Source of the DNA: an uncultured Porphyrobacter sp.
GTDB lineage: Bacteria > Pseudomonadota > Alphaproteobacteria > Sphingomonadales > Sphingomonadaceae
Direction: 5' to 3'
DNA: 64,000 bases
NCBI GenBank assembly: GCA_964505255.1
Contig: CAZDHB010000002.1
Location: 5,092-69,091 of the forward strand
Position numbers and translations under genes: made by a program. Of the stretch, positions 9,871-18,678 are shown one piece after another. A model generated the notes under the pieces. The model worked only from the letters and a program-made list of their open reading frames with translations, was not told where the DNA came from and ran no database searches. Within the stretch, counting starts at the first letter, position 1. Every line of letters begins with the position of its first letter.

Positions 9871-10987
9871 CCTTGACGGCATTACGGTCGTATCGATCGA
9901 ACAAGCGGTCGCAGCGCCCTATGCATCGATGCGGCTTGCAGCTGATGGCGCAAGGGTCATTAAGATTGAGCGGCCCGAGGGGGATTTCGCTCGGCGGTAT
10001 GACACTTTGGCTTCTGGCCAGAGCGCTTATTTTGTGTGGCTGAATGCAGGCAAGGAATCGATTTGCCTCGATTTGAAATTGGAGGAAGACAAATCCCTTC
10101 TGCTCCAAATCGTGAGCGAGGCCGATGTCGTCATACAAAATCTCAAACCGGGGACGATGGCCAAGCTCGGATTAGCAATCGATGATCTGCGCGCTCAGTT
10201 TCCCTCGCTCATAACCTGCTCGATTTCAGGTTTTGGCGAGGAAGGCCCCTTCGCCGATCTCAAGGCTTATGATCTGATTGTGCAAGCCGAAGCAGGCCTA
10301 TGCTCGATCACGGGCACCCAAGATGGTCCAGCGCGTGTGGGGGTGTCGGTGTGCGATATAGCCGCCGGAATGAGCGCCCATTCGGCAATTCTACAGGCGC
10401 TCTTCCACCGCGAACGAACCGGCGAAGGCAGCGCGCTTGAGGTATCGCTGTTCGATGCTTTGGCAGATTGGATGAACGTCCCTTACCTGCAGCATCGCTA
10501 TGGCGGATTTGAGACAAAGCGCAGCGGAGTGAACCATCCCTCACTCGCACCCTACGGGGCCTATCCAACGCGCGATGGCCGCAAGATCATCTTTTCAGTC
10601 CAAAACGAGCGCGAATGGGTCTGGTTTTGCGAGCATGTGATGGGCTCAAGCGATCTGGCCACGAACGAGCGTTTTGCCAACAACATGCTGCGGCTTGCCA
10701 ACCGCGAGATCTTGGATGACCTGATCAATGCAAGGTTCGCCCAGCTTGAAATGGATGAAGCTCTGGAACTGCTCAAGATATCCGGCTTGGCATGCGGCAG
10801 GCTGAACGGTGTTGCAGAATTGGCCAACCATCCGCATCTGCGAACACGCTCTGTGCTCTTCGATGGCGAGACTTTTGAAGTGATTGCTCCGGGTGTGCAA
10901 AAGAGCGGAGCTTTGCCAACGCAGCTTTCGGTACCCGTAAAAGATCAAGACGGTGCCAGCATCCGATTGCAGACCGCCAAGGGTTAG
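9863..10987 (+). CDS. Family III (CaiB/BaiF) CoA-transferase, possibly a mesaconate CoA-transferase
   Basis: EQAVAAPYAS..LA..GARVIKIERP.GD, NAGKES and YDLIVQAEAG motifs with the catalytic Asp region (VCDIAAG). ATG 9863 overlaps the mal stop. Confidence 0.88.
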   Translation: MADLDGITVVSIEQAVAAPYASMRLAADGARVIKIERPEGDFARRYDTLASGQSAYFVWLNAGKESICLDLKLEEDKSLLLQIVSEADVVIQNLKPGTMAKLGLAIDDLRAQFPSLITCSISGFGEEGPFADLKAYDLIVQAEAGLCSITGTQDGPARVGVSVCDIAAGMSAHSAILQALFHRERTGEGSALEVSLFDALADWMNVPYLQHRYGGFETKRSGVNHPSLAPYGAYPTRDGRKIIFSVQNEREWVWFCEHVMGSSDLATNERFANNMLRLANREILDDLINARFAQLEMDEALELLKISGLACGRLNGVAELANHPHLRTRSVLFDGETFEVIAPGVQKSGALPTQLSVPVKDQDGASIRLQTAKG

Positions 10988-11071
10988 CCAGCAAGCAACA
11001 TCAAACAAATAGAAGCTTGCAGGGCGGGCTTCCGCATTATAGCCAGCGTTTGGGTAAAAGGGGATCAAACT

Positions 11072-11857
11072 ATGGAAAGAGGTGTCCCGGTACGCGCGAT
11101 TAGCCGAGGCTTCGCGGTCCTCTCGGCAGTGAGCCGTGATGGGCCGATTACTCTCATGGACATATCCCGCAGCGCAGATGTCCCCTACGCGACCGCTTGT
11201 CGGGTGGTCCAAACCTTGATGCACGAAGGCTTGATTGAGCGCGAAGTCGGCCGCAAAAAATATCGTGTGACAGCATTGGTCCAATCGCTGGCAACAGGCT
11301 TCCAGCAGGAGGATCTCCTCGCCGCAAAAGCACGGCCCCTCATGGAAGATCTGTGTCAGGAGGTCGGCTGGCCGATCTCCCTTGCAACGCGTGTGGGAAC
11401 GCGCATGATGGTGCGCGAATCCACTCACAAGATGACATCGCTCACTTTTACAAATTACTATCCCGGTTTCACCTTACCCATCGCAGAGTGCGCAACGGGC
11501 AAAGCCTATCTAGCCTATTGCGATGAAGACGAACGCGAGCGCATCCGCGACGCATTCGAGGCGACTGAAAGTGAGGCAGCTCGGACAGGGCTGGTGCTTT
11601 TGTCCGATGAAGGCGCCTTGCAGAATATCCGCACCGCCGGTTTTGCTTTGCAAGCGCGCAATCTCTACAATTTCGAGCCAGGCAAGACTTCCTCGATCGC
11701 GGTGCCGCTAACCGACACTGCGGGCGGCTTGGTGGGAACAATGGCGCTGATCTACTTCGCCTCCGCCATTAAGCCGCACGAGGCAGCCAATCAGTTCCTC
11801 GGCAAAATGCAGCACACGGCCACGCAAATCAGCTCCAGACTGGACGCTGCACAGTAA
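11072..11857 (+). CDS. IclR-family transcriptional regulator
   Basis: N-terminal HTH (VRAISRGFAVL...ATACRVVQTL..EGLI) and IclR effector domain (ATGKAYLA, SIAVPL). Confidence 0.9.
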   Translation: MERGVPVRAISRGFAVLSAVSRDGPITLMDISRSADVPYATACRVVQTLMHEGLIEREVGRKKYRVTALVQSLATGFQQEDLLAAKARPLMEDLCQEVGWPISLATRVGTRMMVRESTHKMTSLTFTNYYPGFTLPIAECATGKAYLAYCDEDERERIRDAFEATESEAARTGLVLLSDEGALQNIRTAGFALQARNLYNFEPGKTSSIAVPLTDTAGGLVGTMALIYFASAIKPHEAANQFLGKMQHTATQISSRLDAAQ

Positions 11858-11859
11858 CC

Positions 11860-13272
11860 TCAAGCCTTCGAGGCCGATTGCGCAGCAGCATGCTGGCCGG
11901 CCAAACGTCCCAAAGTGGTGGCGGTCATCAAACCATTGCCAGCCAAATAGCCATCCGCCGCAGGGCCGGAAATGCCGCGCGCTGCTCCGCCGCCAGCATA
12001 AAGGTTAGGGAACGGTTGGCGCTCGGCATCGAGGACGCGGGCATCGCCGTCCACTTCAAGGCCGCCTTGCGTATGGAACAAGGCGCCGGTGACTTTCACT
12101 GCGTAGAAAGGCGCTGCTAGCTTCGCTTTGCCCGCGAAGGAACGACCGAATGCATCGCTTTTTTCGTTGTCCACCAGATGCCAAGTCTCTTCGACTGTTT
12201 GCGCAAGACCTGCTGCATCCACACCCAATTGCTCGGCCAGTGAACCAAGGTCATCCGCCTTTGTTAGGCATCCTGCCGAGATCGCCTGTTGATAGTCATC
12301 AAACTGTTCCATCACCTTATGACGGGTTTCGTCATAAATGCTCCAGGCAACATGGCCGTCCTGTTTGAGCACCTCGACGGCTTGCTCGGAGTAACCTGAG
12401 GCTTCATTTGCAAAGCGCCTGCCTTGCCGGTTCACCTGTATCCCGCCCTCGACAATCAGGGGCCACAAAATCGGGATACCGTAACCCGCAGCCAAGCCCG
12501 CATGGCCTTGGTAGGAGGAAAGGTCCTCCATCGCTGCATCCAATTCGCGGCCCCAGGCAATAGCATGCCCCTTATTGCCTGGATGGCCGTGGAAAGTGGC
12601 ATGCTCCAGCTCGGGGATTAGCTCGTTGACCATTTGCTGATTACCCGCAAAGCCGCAGCAGGCGAGGATCAGCGCACCGCAACCGATAATATCCTCCTCG
12701 CCATCAGGACGCGTACAGCCGATAGCGAACACGCGATTGTCTGCGTTAACAAACAACCGGTTTGCTGTGCTCTCTGTCAAGAAGTCGACCCCGGCGGTTT
12801 CGCAAGCTGAATAAAGCGCTCCCATTAGCTCACCGCCCGACCGGCTGGGCATGCCATGCATCCGGCGGACCGAGTGACCGGGATAGGTGAACCCATCGAC
12901 GAGGCTGAGATCAAGATTATGCTGATGCGCTAGCCAGTCGATTGTCGCTGCCGATTGGGACACGATATGCTCGACAAGGCCCTGATCAACCGCGCCTTTG
13001 GTTTTGGCGATGATATCGCCGGCGAAGATTTGGACGCTATCAGCCACGCCTGCGGCTTGCTGAATCTTGCTGCCGCAAGCGGGAATAAGGCCAGTGGACA
13101 TCGATGTGGTACCAAGCGGCTGGCGATCCCGCTCCACCACCAACACATCCACACCCGCATCACGCACGGCCAGCGCTGCGCATAAGCCCGTGCCGCCGCC
13201 GCCCACTATTATCACGGGCAAGTCCATGATTGTCTCGGCGCTCTGCGCGCGGACAACTTCAATTGCGCTCAT
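11860..13272 (-). CDS. FAD-dependent oxidoreductase, fumarate reductase/3-ketosteroid dehydrogenase flavoprotein family
   Basis: IIVGGGGTG dinucleotide motif, ILACCGF, LFHTQGGL and PNLYAGG. The C-terminal active-site loop reads GYLAGNG. Confidence 0.8.
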   Translation of the reverse strand: MSAIEVVRAQSAETIMDLPVIIVGGGGTGLCAALAVRDAGVDVLVVERDRQPLGTTSMSTGLIPACGSKIQQAAGVADSVQIFAGDIIAKTKGAVDQGLVEHIVSQSAATIDWLAHQHNLDLSLVDGFTYPGHSVRRMHGMPSRSGGELMGALYSACETAGVDFLTESTANRLFVNADNRVFAIGCTRPDGEEDIIGCGALILACCGFAGNQQMVNELIPELEHATFHGHPGNKGHAIAWGRELDAAMEDLSSYQGHAGLAAGYGIPILWPLIVEGGIQVNRQGRRFANEASGYSEQAVEVLKQDGHVAWSIYDETRHKVMEQFDDYQQAISAGCLTKADDLGSLAEQLGVDAAGLAQTVEETWHLVDNEKSDAFGRSFAGKAKLAAPFYAVKVTGALFHTQGGLEVDGDARVLDAERQPFPNLYAGGGAARGISGPAADGYLAGNGLMTATTLGRLAGQHAAAQSASKA

Positions 13273-13319
13273 AGCTTGTCAGGCTCCAATTGTTAGAACA
13301 AACTCGATCAGTTGCTGCA

Positions 13320-14195
13320 TCAAGGCGCCCCGTGCCGCTTCTGAAATTCCGTTACATCGTCCATGCCCAACAGGCGCGACATTTCCGAGAAGTCGAACAG
13401 GTCTAAATGGGCGCTGTTGGGATCGTCTGCAGCGAGCCCTCGATAGAAATTGCGGGCCGCATGAGCCGCACTGAGCGGCGCGCCAGCCGGGTAAATCACG
13501 AGTTTCACGCCCAGCTCCTGATATCGGGTTGGCGAGAGAATTGGCGTCACACCGCCATGCGCAGCGTTGAGCAGAAGCGGCTTTTGAAGCGCATCGGCTG
13601 CCTGTGCGATCTCTTCTTCGGATTGCGGCCCTTCCAAGAAGAGAATGTCCGCACCTGCATGATCATACTCTTGCAGCCGGCTGATTGCCGCCTCTAGCCC
13701 CTCAGTGCGCCTCGCATCGGTGCGCGCGATAATGCGCATATCGCCCTCTGCGCGCGCTTCTACGGCCACTTCAACGCGCTTGACCATTTCTTGCGCCGAA
13801 ACTGAGCTGGCTTTGCCGACATGGCCGCATATTTTAGGAAAGCCCTGATCCTCTAGCTGGATCGCGGCAATACCGGCTCGTTGATAGGCTTTCACTGCCC
13901 GGTCGAGGTTTGTTAGGCTGCCGAAGCCCGTGTCTGCATCGGCAATAATCGGCGCAGCTGCTTTCTCTGCAAACCGGCTGAATATGGCGAGAAAATCGCT
14001 CGCGCCTGCAATCCCTACATCGGGCTCCCCCAATGAAGAGGCCGCGTTCCAATAGCCTGATGCATAAAAGGCTTTGAAGCCTGCTTCCCTCGCCATCAAG
14101 AGGCTCATGTGATCGTAAATGCCGGGCGCTACGATGATGCCAGACTGCGTCAGCATGTGCCCAAGGGTTTGCGCCGGGGTCTGGTGAGTTTTCAT
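13320..14195 (-). CDS. Isocitrate lyase/PEP mutase superfamily C-C lyase (PrpB/dimethylmalate lyase-like)
   Basis: DADTGFG, IQLEDQ.FPKICGH (KxCGH catalytic loop), IIARTDA and FLEG motifs. Confidence 0.88.
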   Translation of the reverse strand: MKTHQTPAQTLGHMLTQSGIIVAPGIYDHMSLLMAREAGFKAFYASGYWNAASSLGEPDVGIAGASDFLAIFSRFAEKAAAPIIADADTGFGSLTNLDRAVKAYQRAGIAAIQLEDQGFPKICGHVGKASSVSAQEMVKRVEVAVEARAEGDMRIIARTDARRTEGLEAAISRLQEYDHAGADILFLEGPQSEEEIAQAADALQKPLLLNAAHGGVTPILSPTRYQELGVKLVIYPAGAPLSAAHAARNFYRGLAADDPNSAHLDLFDFSEMSRLLGMDDVTEFQKRHGAP

Positions 14196-14337
14196 GGGGG
14201 CTCACTGCCGTATCACGCAGCAATTGGGACACACCGTTCCCCCATTATCCATTGAGCGGATGAATATGCAATCGCGCGTCGATTGATGCGAGGCGCTGGT
14301 GCAGATATATGCTATATTGCAAATGAAGGCGAAATTT

Positions 14338-14700
14338 ATGGAGCAATTGGTGACCGACGAGGCGATCCCGACTGATCTGGGCGATGAGATTGGCGGGCGC
14401 GGGCGCGTCTATTTCGACAATGTCGTGATCGACAATATGATGGATGCGTTGTTGGAACTTTCCGCTGCCGTATGGACCAATCACGACCGTGTGTTGGTGC
14501 TGGAAAAGATCCTTGAAGCCAAAGGAATATCGGTCTCCAAAGAGATAGAGGCGCATCTGCCAGATGCAGAAGAAATCGCGGCACGCGCGGCGGAACGCGA
14601 CGCCTTCGTTGATCAAGTTTTCGGCGCCTTTCTGCGCCGCCCCACTCACAACATTGGACAGGCCGCTGCAGATATCGCTGCCGGGCCCAATCAGGAGTAA
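14338..14700 (+). CDS. Small helical hypothetical protein, methyltransferase-associated (paralog B)
   Basis: ATG 14338 with GAAGG upstream. Paralogous to 4545-4835. Ends 5 nt before the second methyltransferase. Confidence 0.75.
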   Translation: MEQLVTDEAIPTDLGDEIGGRGRVYFDNVVIDNMMDALLELSAAVWTNHDRVLVLEKILEAKGISVSKEIEAHLPDAEEIAARAAERDAFVDQVFGAFLRRPTHNIGQAAADIAAGPNQE

Positions 14701-14705
14701 GATAT

Positions 14706-15800
14706 ATGGACCGCGGTTCTATTGGCATCCTCCCTCGCCCGACCAAGCTCGCCGACGAAAGCTACCTTGAGTTCGTCACCTCCTTTCGAAAATTTGCGAT
14801 CCAGCGCGGTTTCCCCGTGATGGCCGCCAATGGCGAGGCTGAACTGGAACGCGCCATTGAAACAGGCGAAGTTGTGCGCCCCGATGATGGCAGCGACATT
14901 CCGCTGGATGAAGTCAAGAAAGTGTTCGGCAAAGTGCCCTTCACACCGACATGGCAGCGTTTTGTACGTTCCCAGCAGGAGATGATGTGGCGCGGCACGC
15001 GCAAAAGCTTTTTGCGCCAGGGCGAAGATTTGCTGAAGGCGATGGAAGAGGCGGAACAGTCCAATCCTGGCAACATCCATTACGAACCCGGCTTCGAACC
15101 ACCCAAATACACGCGCTGTGAAATTCACTGCCAGCCGGGCGGATACACTGATGACCCATTGGGCGGTGCCGTTTTCCATTACGGTACCAAGATCTTTTAC
15201 GAGGGCTTCAACGATCAGGACGAATTGCACATCGAGCTTGCTGAAAAAGCGACCAAGCCGGAAGATGGCAAGGTCGCCAACGTGCTCGATATCGGCTGCT
15301 CGATCGGGCAAGCGACAACGGTACTCAAGGATCTCTACCCAGAGGCTGAGGTGTGGGGTCTCGATGTGGGTCTGCCGCTGATCAAATATGCCCATATGCG
15401 CGCGACCGAGCGCGGCAAGGATGTGCATTTCAAGCAGGCACTAGCAGAGGACAGCGGCTTTACCGATGGCCAGTTCGATATGGTCCTCTCGTACATCCTC
15501 TTCCACGAAGTGCCGGTGAAGAAGATGAAGGAGATCATCGCCGAGACTTTCCGCGTGCTCCGCCCCGGCGGTATCTTCTCGATTTACGAGTTCCCCAACA
15601 ATAATGACGCAGTGAAAGTGAGCGACAGCCACCGCTTCATGATCGACAATGACAGCCGCGACAATTGCGAACCCTATTCGCCCGCTTTTGTCGCCTCGGA
15701 CTTTAAAGGCATTTTGGAAGAGGCGGGGTTTGTGGTCGAACCGGGCCCCGGTCTCACCAATACATTCTTGCAATCATTGGTCGCGCGCAAACCCGCCTAA
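14706..15800 (+). CDS. Class I SAM-dependent methyltransferase (paralog B)
   Basis: VLDIGCSIG, GLD, QFDMVLSYILFHEVP and RVLRPGG. Clearly homologous to 3502-4548. Confidence 0.85.
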   Translation: MDRGSIGILPRPTKLADESYLEFVTSFRKFAIQRGFPVMAANGEAELERAIETGEVVRPDDGSDIPLDEVKKVFGKVPFTPTWQRFVRSQQEMMWRGTRKSFLRQGEDLLKAMEEAEQSNPGNIHYEPGFEPPKYTRCEIHCQPGGYTDDPLGGAVFHYGTKIFYEGFNDQDELHIELAEKATKPEDGKVANVLDIGCSIGQATTVLKDLYPEAEVWGLDVGLPLIKYAHMRATERGKDVHFKQALAEDSGFTDGQFDMVLSYILFHEVPVKKMKEIIAETFRVLRPGGIFSIYEFPNNNDAVKVSDSHRFMIDNDSRDNCEPYSPAFVASDFKGILEEAGFVVEPGPGLTNTFLQSLVARKPA

Positions 15801-15803
15801 AGG

Positions 15804-16964
15804 TCAAACGCCCAGCAGAGGGGTGGTTGAGGGATCATAGGCGAAGATGCCAAGCGCGTCCTCGTCCTTGATCGGCGTATCGCGGAACATGTCAGGATCA
15901 ATCGCTTGCAAGCGATCGCCGCCCAAATTGCTTTCGCGCTGGAGCATCGAGGCGCGCTCGATCCGCGTGGCGACATAGCAATCGAGTGCCTTGTCCAGAT
16001 CATCACATTGCGCAAACGCGCGGCCGATTATGACCCCATCCTCAATCGCGCAGCCTGCCCCTTGCCCCATATAAGGCAGCATGGGATGCGCGGCATCGCC
16101 CAACAGCACGGTGCGCCCCTTGCGCCATTCGCTGAGCGGTTCGCGGATGAAAAGGCCCCAACAAAACAGCTCCTCTTCCGGGATCTGAGCCAACAGCTCT
16201 TGCACATAAGGCGGAAAGCCCTCGTATTTTGCAAGCAGCTGGGCCTTGTCCGCCTTGACCGCCCAGCCTTCCTCGACCCAGTCATCGGCCTTGGATAAGG
16301 CCACGACATTGATCAATTCGCCCTTGCGAACGGGATAGCTCACAATGTTCTTGCCGAAAGCAAGGTGATTGATGTTGAGCGCCTCACTCGCCCGCGATGT
16401 CACTGTGCCGGCCGGAATAAGTCCGCGATAAGCAAGATGTCCGCTGAACTGCGGCTCGCCAGTTTCAAACAGCGCGCCGCGCACAACCGAACGCAGCCCA
16501 TCAGCGGCAATCGCGATATCCACCTCGGCAACCTCGCCATTGGCAAAGCTGAGCGTAACGCCGTCATCGCGCGATGTGATGCCGGCAAGATCACAATCCA
16601 TCCGGCAATTCTCTACGCCAAAAGCCGCGATGAGCGCAGCGAGCAAATCCGCGCGGTGGAACTGCAGATAAGGCGCCTTGTAACGCTCTCGCGTGTTGCG
16701 CCGCTCAATCGCCTGCAGCAATTCCCCCGTTACGCCGTGGCAAAGATGCTGTTCAAGCGGTTCATTCGCTTCAGATTCGAGAAATTCGCCGAGCCCCAGC
16801 GAGCGCAGCCCCAGCACGGCATTGGGCGACATCGAAATTCCTGCGCCCACCTCGCCAAATTCGGGCGCTCGCTCGTAGAGCGTCACGTCCTGTCCCGCTT
16901 TGCGCAAGGCAATTCCAGCAACCAGGCCGCCAATGCCGCCGCCAATAATCGCAATCTTAGTCAT
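15804..16964 (-). CDS. Group A flavin monooxygenase (salicylate hydroxylase/6-hydroxynicotinate 3-monooxygenase-like)
   Basis: IIGGGIGG, DG motif (AADGLRS) and GD motif (LLGDAAHPMLPYMGQG). Confidence 0.88.
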   Translation of the reverse strand: MTKIAIIGGGIGGLVAGIALRKAGQDVTLYERAPEFGEVGAGISMSPNAVLGLRSLGLGEFLESEANEPLEQHLCHGVTGELLQAIERRNTRERYKAPYLQFHRADLLAALIAAFGVENCRMDCDLAGITSRDDGVTLSFANGEVAEVDIAIAADGLRSVVRGALFETGEPQFSGHLAYRGLIPAGTVTSRASEALNINHLAFGKNIVSYPVRKGELINVVALSKADDWVEEGWAVKADKAQLLAKYEGFPPYVQELLAQIPEEELFCWGLFIREPLSEWRKGRTVLLGDAAHPMLPYMGQGAGCAIEDGVIIGRAFAQCDDLDKALDCYVATRIERASMLQRESNLGGDRLQAIDPDMFRDTPIKDEDALGIFAYDPSTTPLLGV

Positions 16965-18565
16965 GGGTCTTTCCCCCCTAATCCGAGCGCTCCGGGATTG
17001 AGAATGCCATGCGGATCGAGCTGAGCTTTCAGCGACTTGATAAATCCTAAGACTGGTTCGGCCTTTGTCTCGGCATAGGGATACATCCGCCCGATCTGGA
17101 AATGGGTCGCGCCGTGACTCCGCATCAAAGCAATGATTTCGGCAATCATGGACTGTGCAAGCTCGCGCCCTGTCAGGTTCTCGGGATATTCTGGCAAGCC
17201 TGCGAGATAATCAGGCGTCATCCGCGCGTGGTATTCATAGCGTGTATCGGGCCAGTAAAACACTGGCTCGTAAAGAAAGCCGCTCCCCGTGATACCAGCA
17301 AAAAACTCTGCGATGGTCATGCCGCACTGAGCCATTTGTTCCGCATATCGGCCTTTCAATGCAAGATAGTCGTGGTGGAAATCCTGCATGGCATCGGGCG
17401 CAAAAATCCCGTGCACCGGCACCATACGGCGGCCATCCGGGTGAGTGACGGGAAGCGCCGGAAACGGATCAGCGCGCATCATCAAGGGCACAGTGTTGAC
17501 GATTTCATTGCCGCCTTTGGCAAGGCTCCGCAGCGCTTTGACCTTGCTCGCAACATCTTTCGCATCGCGCCCTTCGATGACAAAATGAGCGGTGTAGGTC
17601 GCTTGGTCCATGAATCTGCGGCCGCCCATAGCTACCCGCGCCATCCGGCCAATTGCGGCAAGGGGATTGCCTGCTGATACGCCCACTTTCCAAAGCGATT
17701 TCAAATCACTGACAAGATTGGGAGGACCCGCATTCTGGCGCGCAAAATCTGCATCCATTGCCGTATATTCGCTCACCAGACGGCGCTGCGACACTTCACC
17801 GAAAAAGGCCGCCATGGCGGAAAAATCGTCAAACGCGAAGGATAGCCCGGTCACCTTTGCAGGGCGCGGTTCGATTTCCAAAGTAACCGCGGTTTTGATC
17901 CCCAGCGCGCCTGCATCATTGGCGAAAATGCCTGTGAGATCAGGACCGAAATGCCGGTTAAAGGGCTGCGTTCCATCTGAGCCGTCCGAGCCGGTTTTGA
18001 GCACTTCGCCCGAACCGGTCACGATCTCAAAGCTCTTCACTGCATTGGCAGATGCGCCTGCCTGCCCTGAGCCGAATGTCACCGATCCTTGGCTAAGCGA
18101 GCCGCCCAATGTCGCTGTTGCGCCCGACATGGGGCCCCAGAAACGCGCGCGCATGCCAGCCTTTGCAAGCGCTGCATCAAGCTTGGCCCAAGTGCATCCC
18201 GCCCCTGCGCTGACATAGTCGCGGCGAGCCGATATCTCGCCAATCCAATCAAGCCCGCCCGTATCGAGGACAATTGACTTGGCCCCGCGCGGTTGGAAGG
18301 CATCAGTGTACGACATCCCTCCACCGCGGGGAAAGATTGCAAGATCATGCTCGGCGCACAGTTTAACCAGAGCTTGAACATCGGCGCTTGAGCGTGGACG
18401 CACCACCGCTAGGGGCAAATCGCCTTCAAAAAATAGGTCTTGTGAGAAAAACCTTCGTTCGTGTTCCTCGGTCACAACACAGGCTTCACCAAGTGCCTTG
18501 GCAATCACCGCCAGCACAGGGTCTGCAGAAAATTCGGTTGCGGACTGATGCAAAACCATACCCAC
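16961..18565 (-). CDS. FAD-linked oxidase/dehydrogenase (VAO/PCMH, D-2-hydroxyacid dehydrogenase-like fold)
   Basis: FPRGGGMSY PP-loop, ATLGG, GALGI and C-terminal DPHGILNPG. Start is GTG 18565 or ATG 18559. Confidence 0.82.
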   Translation of the reverse strand: MGMVLHQSATEFSADPVLAVIAKALGEACVVTEEHERRFFSQDLFFEGDLPLAVVRPRSSADVQALVKLCAEHDLAIFPRGGGMSYTDAFQPRGAKSIVLDTGGLDWIGEISARRDYVSAGAGCTWAKLDAALAKAGMRARFWGPMSGATATLGGSLSQGSVTFGSGQAGASANAVKSFEIVTGSGEVLKTGSDGSDGTQPFNRHFGPDLTGIFANDAGALGIKTAVTLEIEPRPAKVTGLSFAFDDFSAMAAFFGEVSQRRLVSEYTAMDADFARQNAGPPNLVSDLKSLWKVGVSAGNPLAAIGRMARVAMGGRRFMDQATYTAHFVIEGRDAKDVASKVKALRSLAKGGNEIVNTVPLMMRADPFPALPVTHPDGRRMVPVHGIFAPDAMQDFHHDYLALKGRYAEQMAQCGMTIAEFFAGITGSGFLYEPVFYWPDTRYEYHARMTPDYLAGLPEYPENLTGRELAQSMIAEIIALMRSHGATHFQIGRMYPYAETKAEPVLGFIKSLKAQLDPHGILNPGALGLGGKDP

Positions 18566-18678
18566 TTTCTACTCGGCTTGGACAAGCCTAAACGAGTCAC
18601 GCGGGTAAGCCTATCCGATAGATGGTCACAAGGGGCAGTTCGCATGCAGCAATTGCGCGCAAGAGCCTAACAGAGGGT

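Noticed and set aside
11860-13272. Calling the flavoprotein a fumarate reductase/succinate dehydrogenase
   Set aside because: The Arg of the NRLGGN loop is absent and there are no partner subunits, so it is left at family level.
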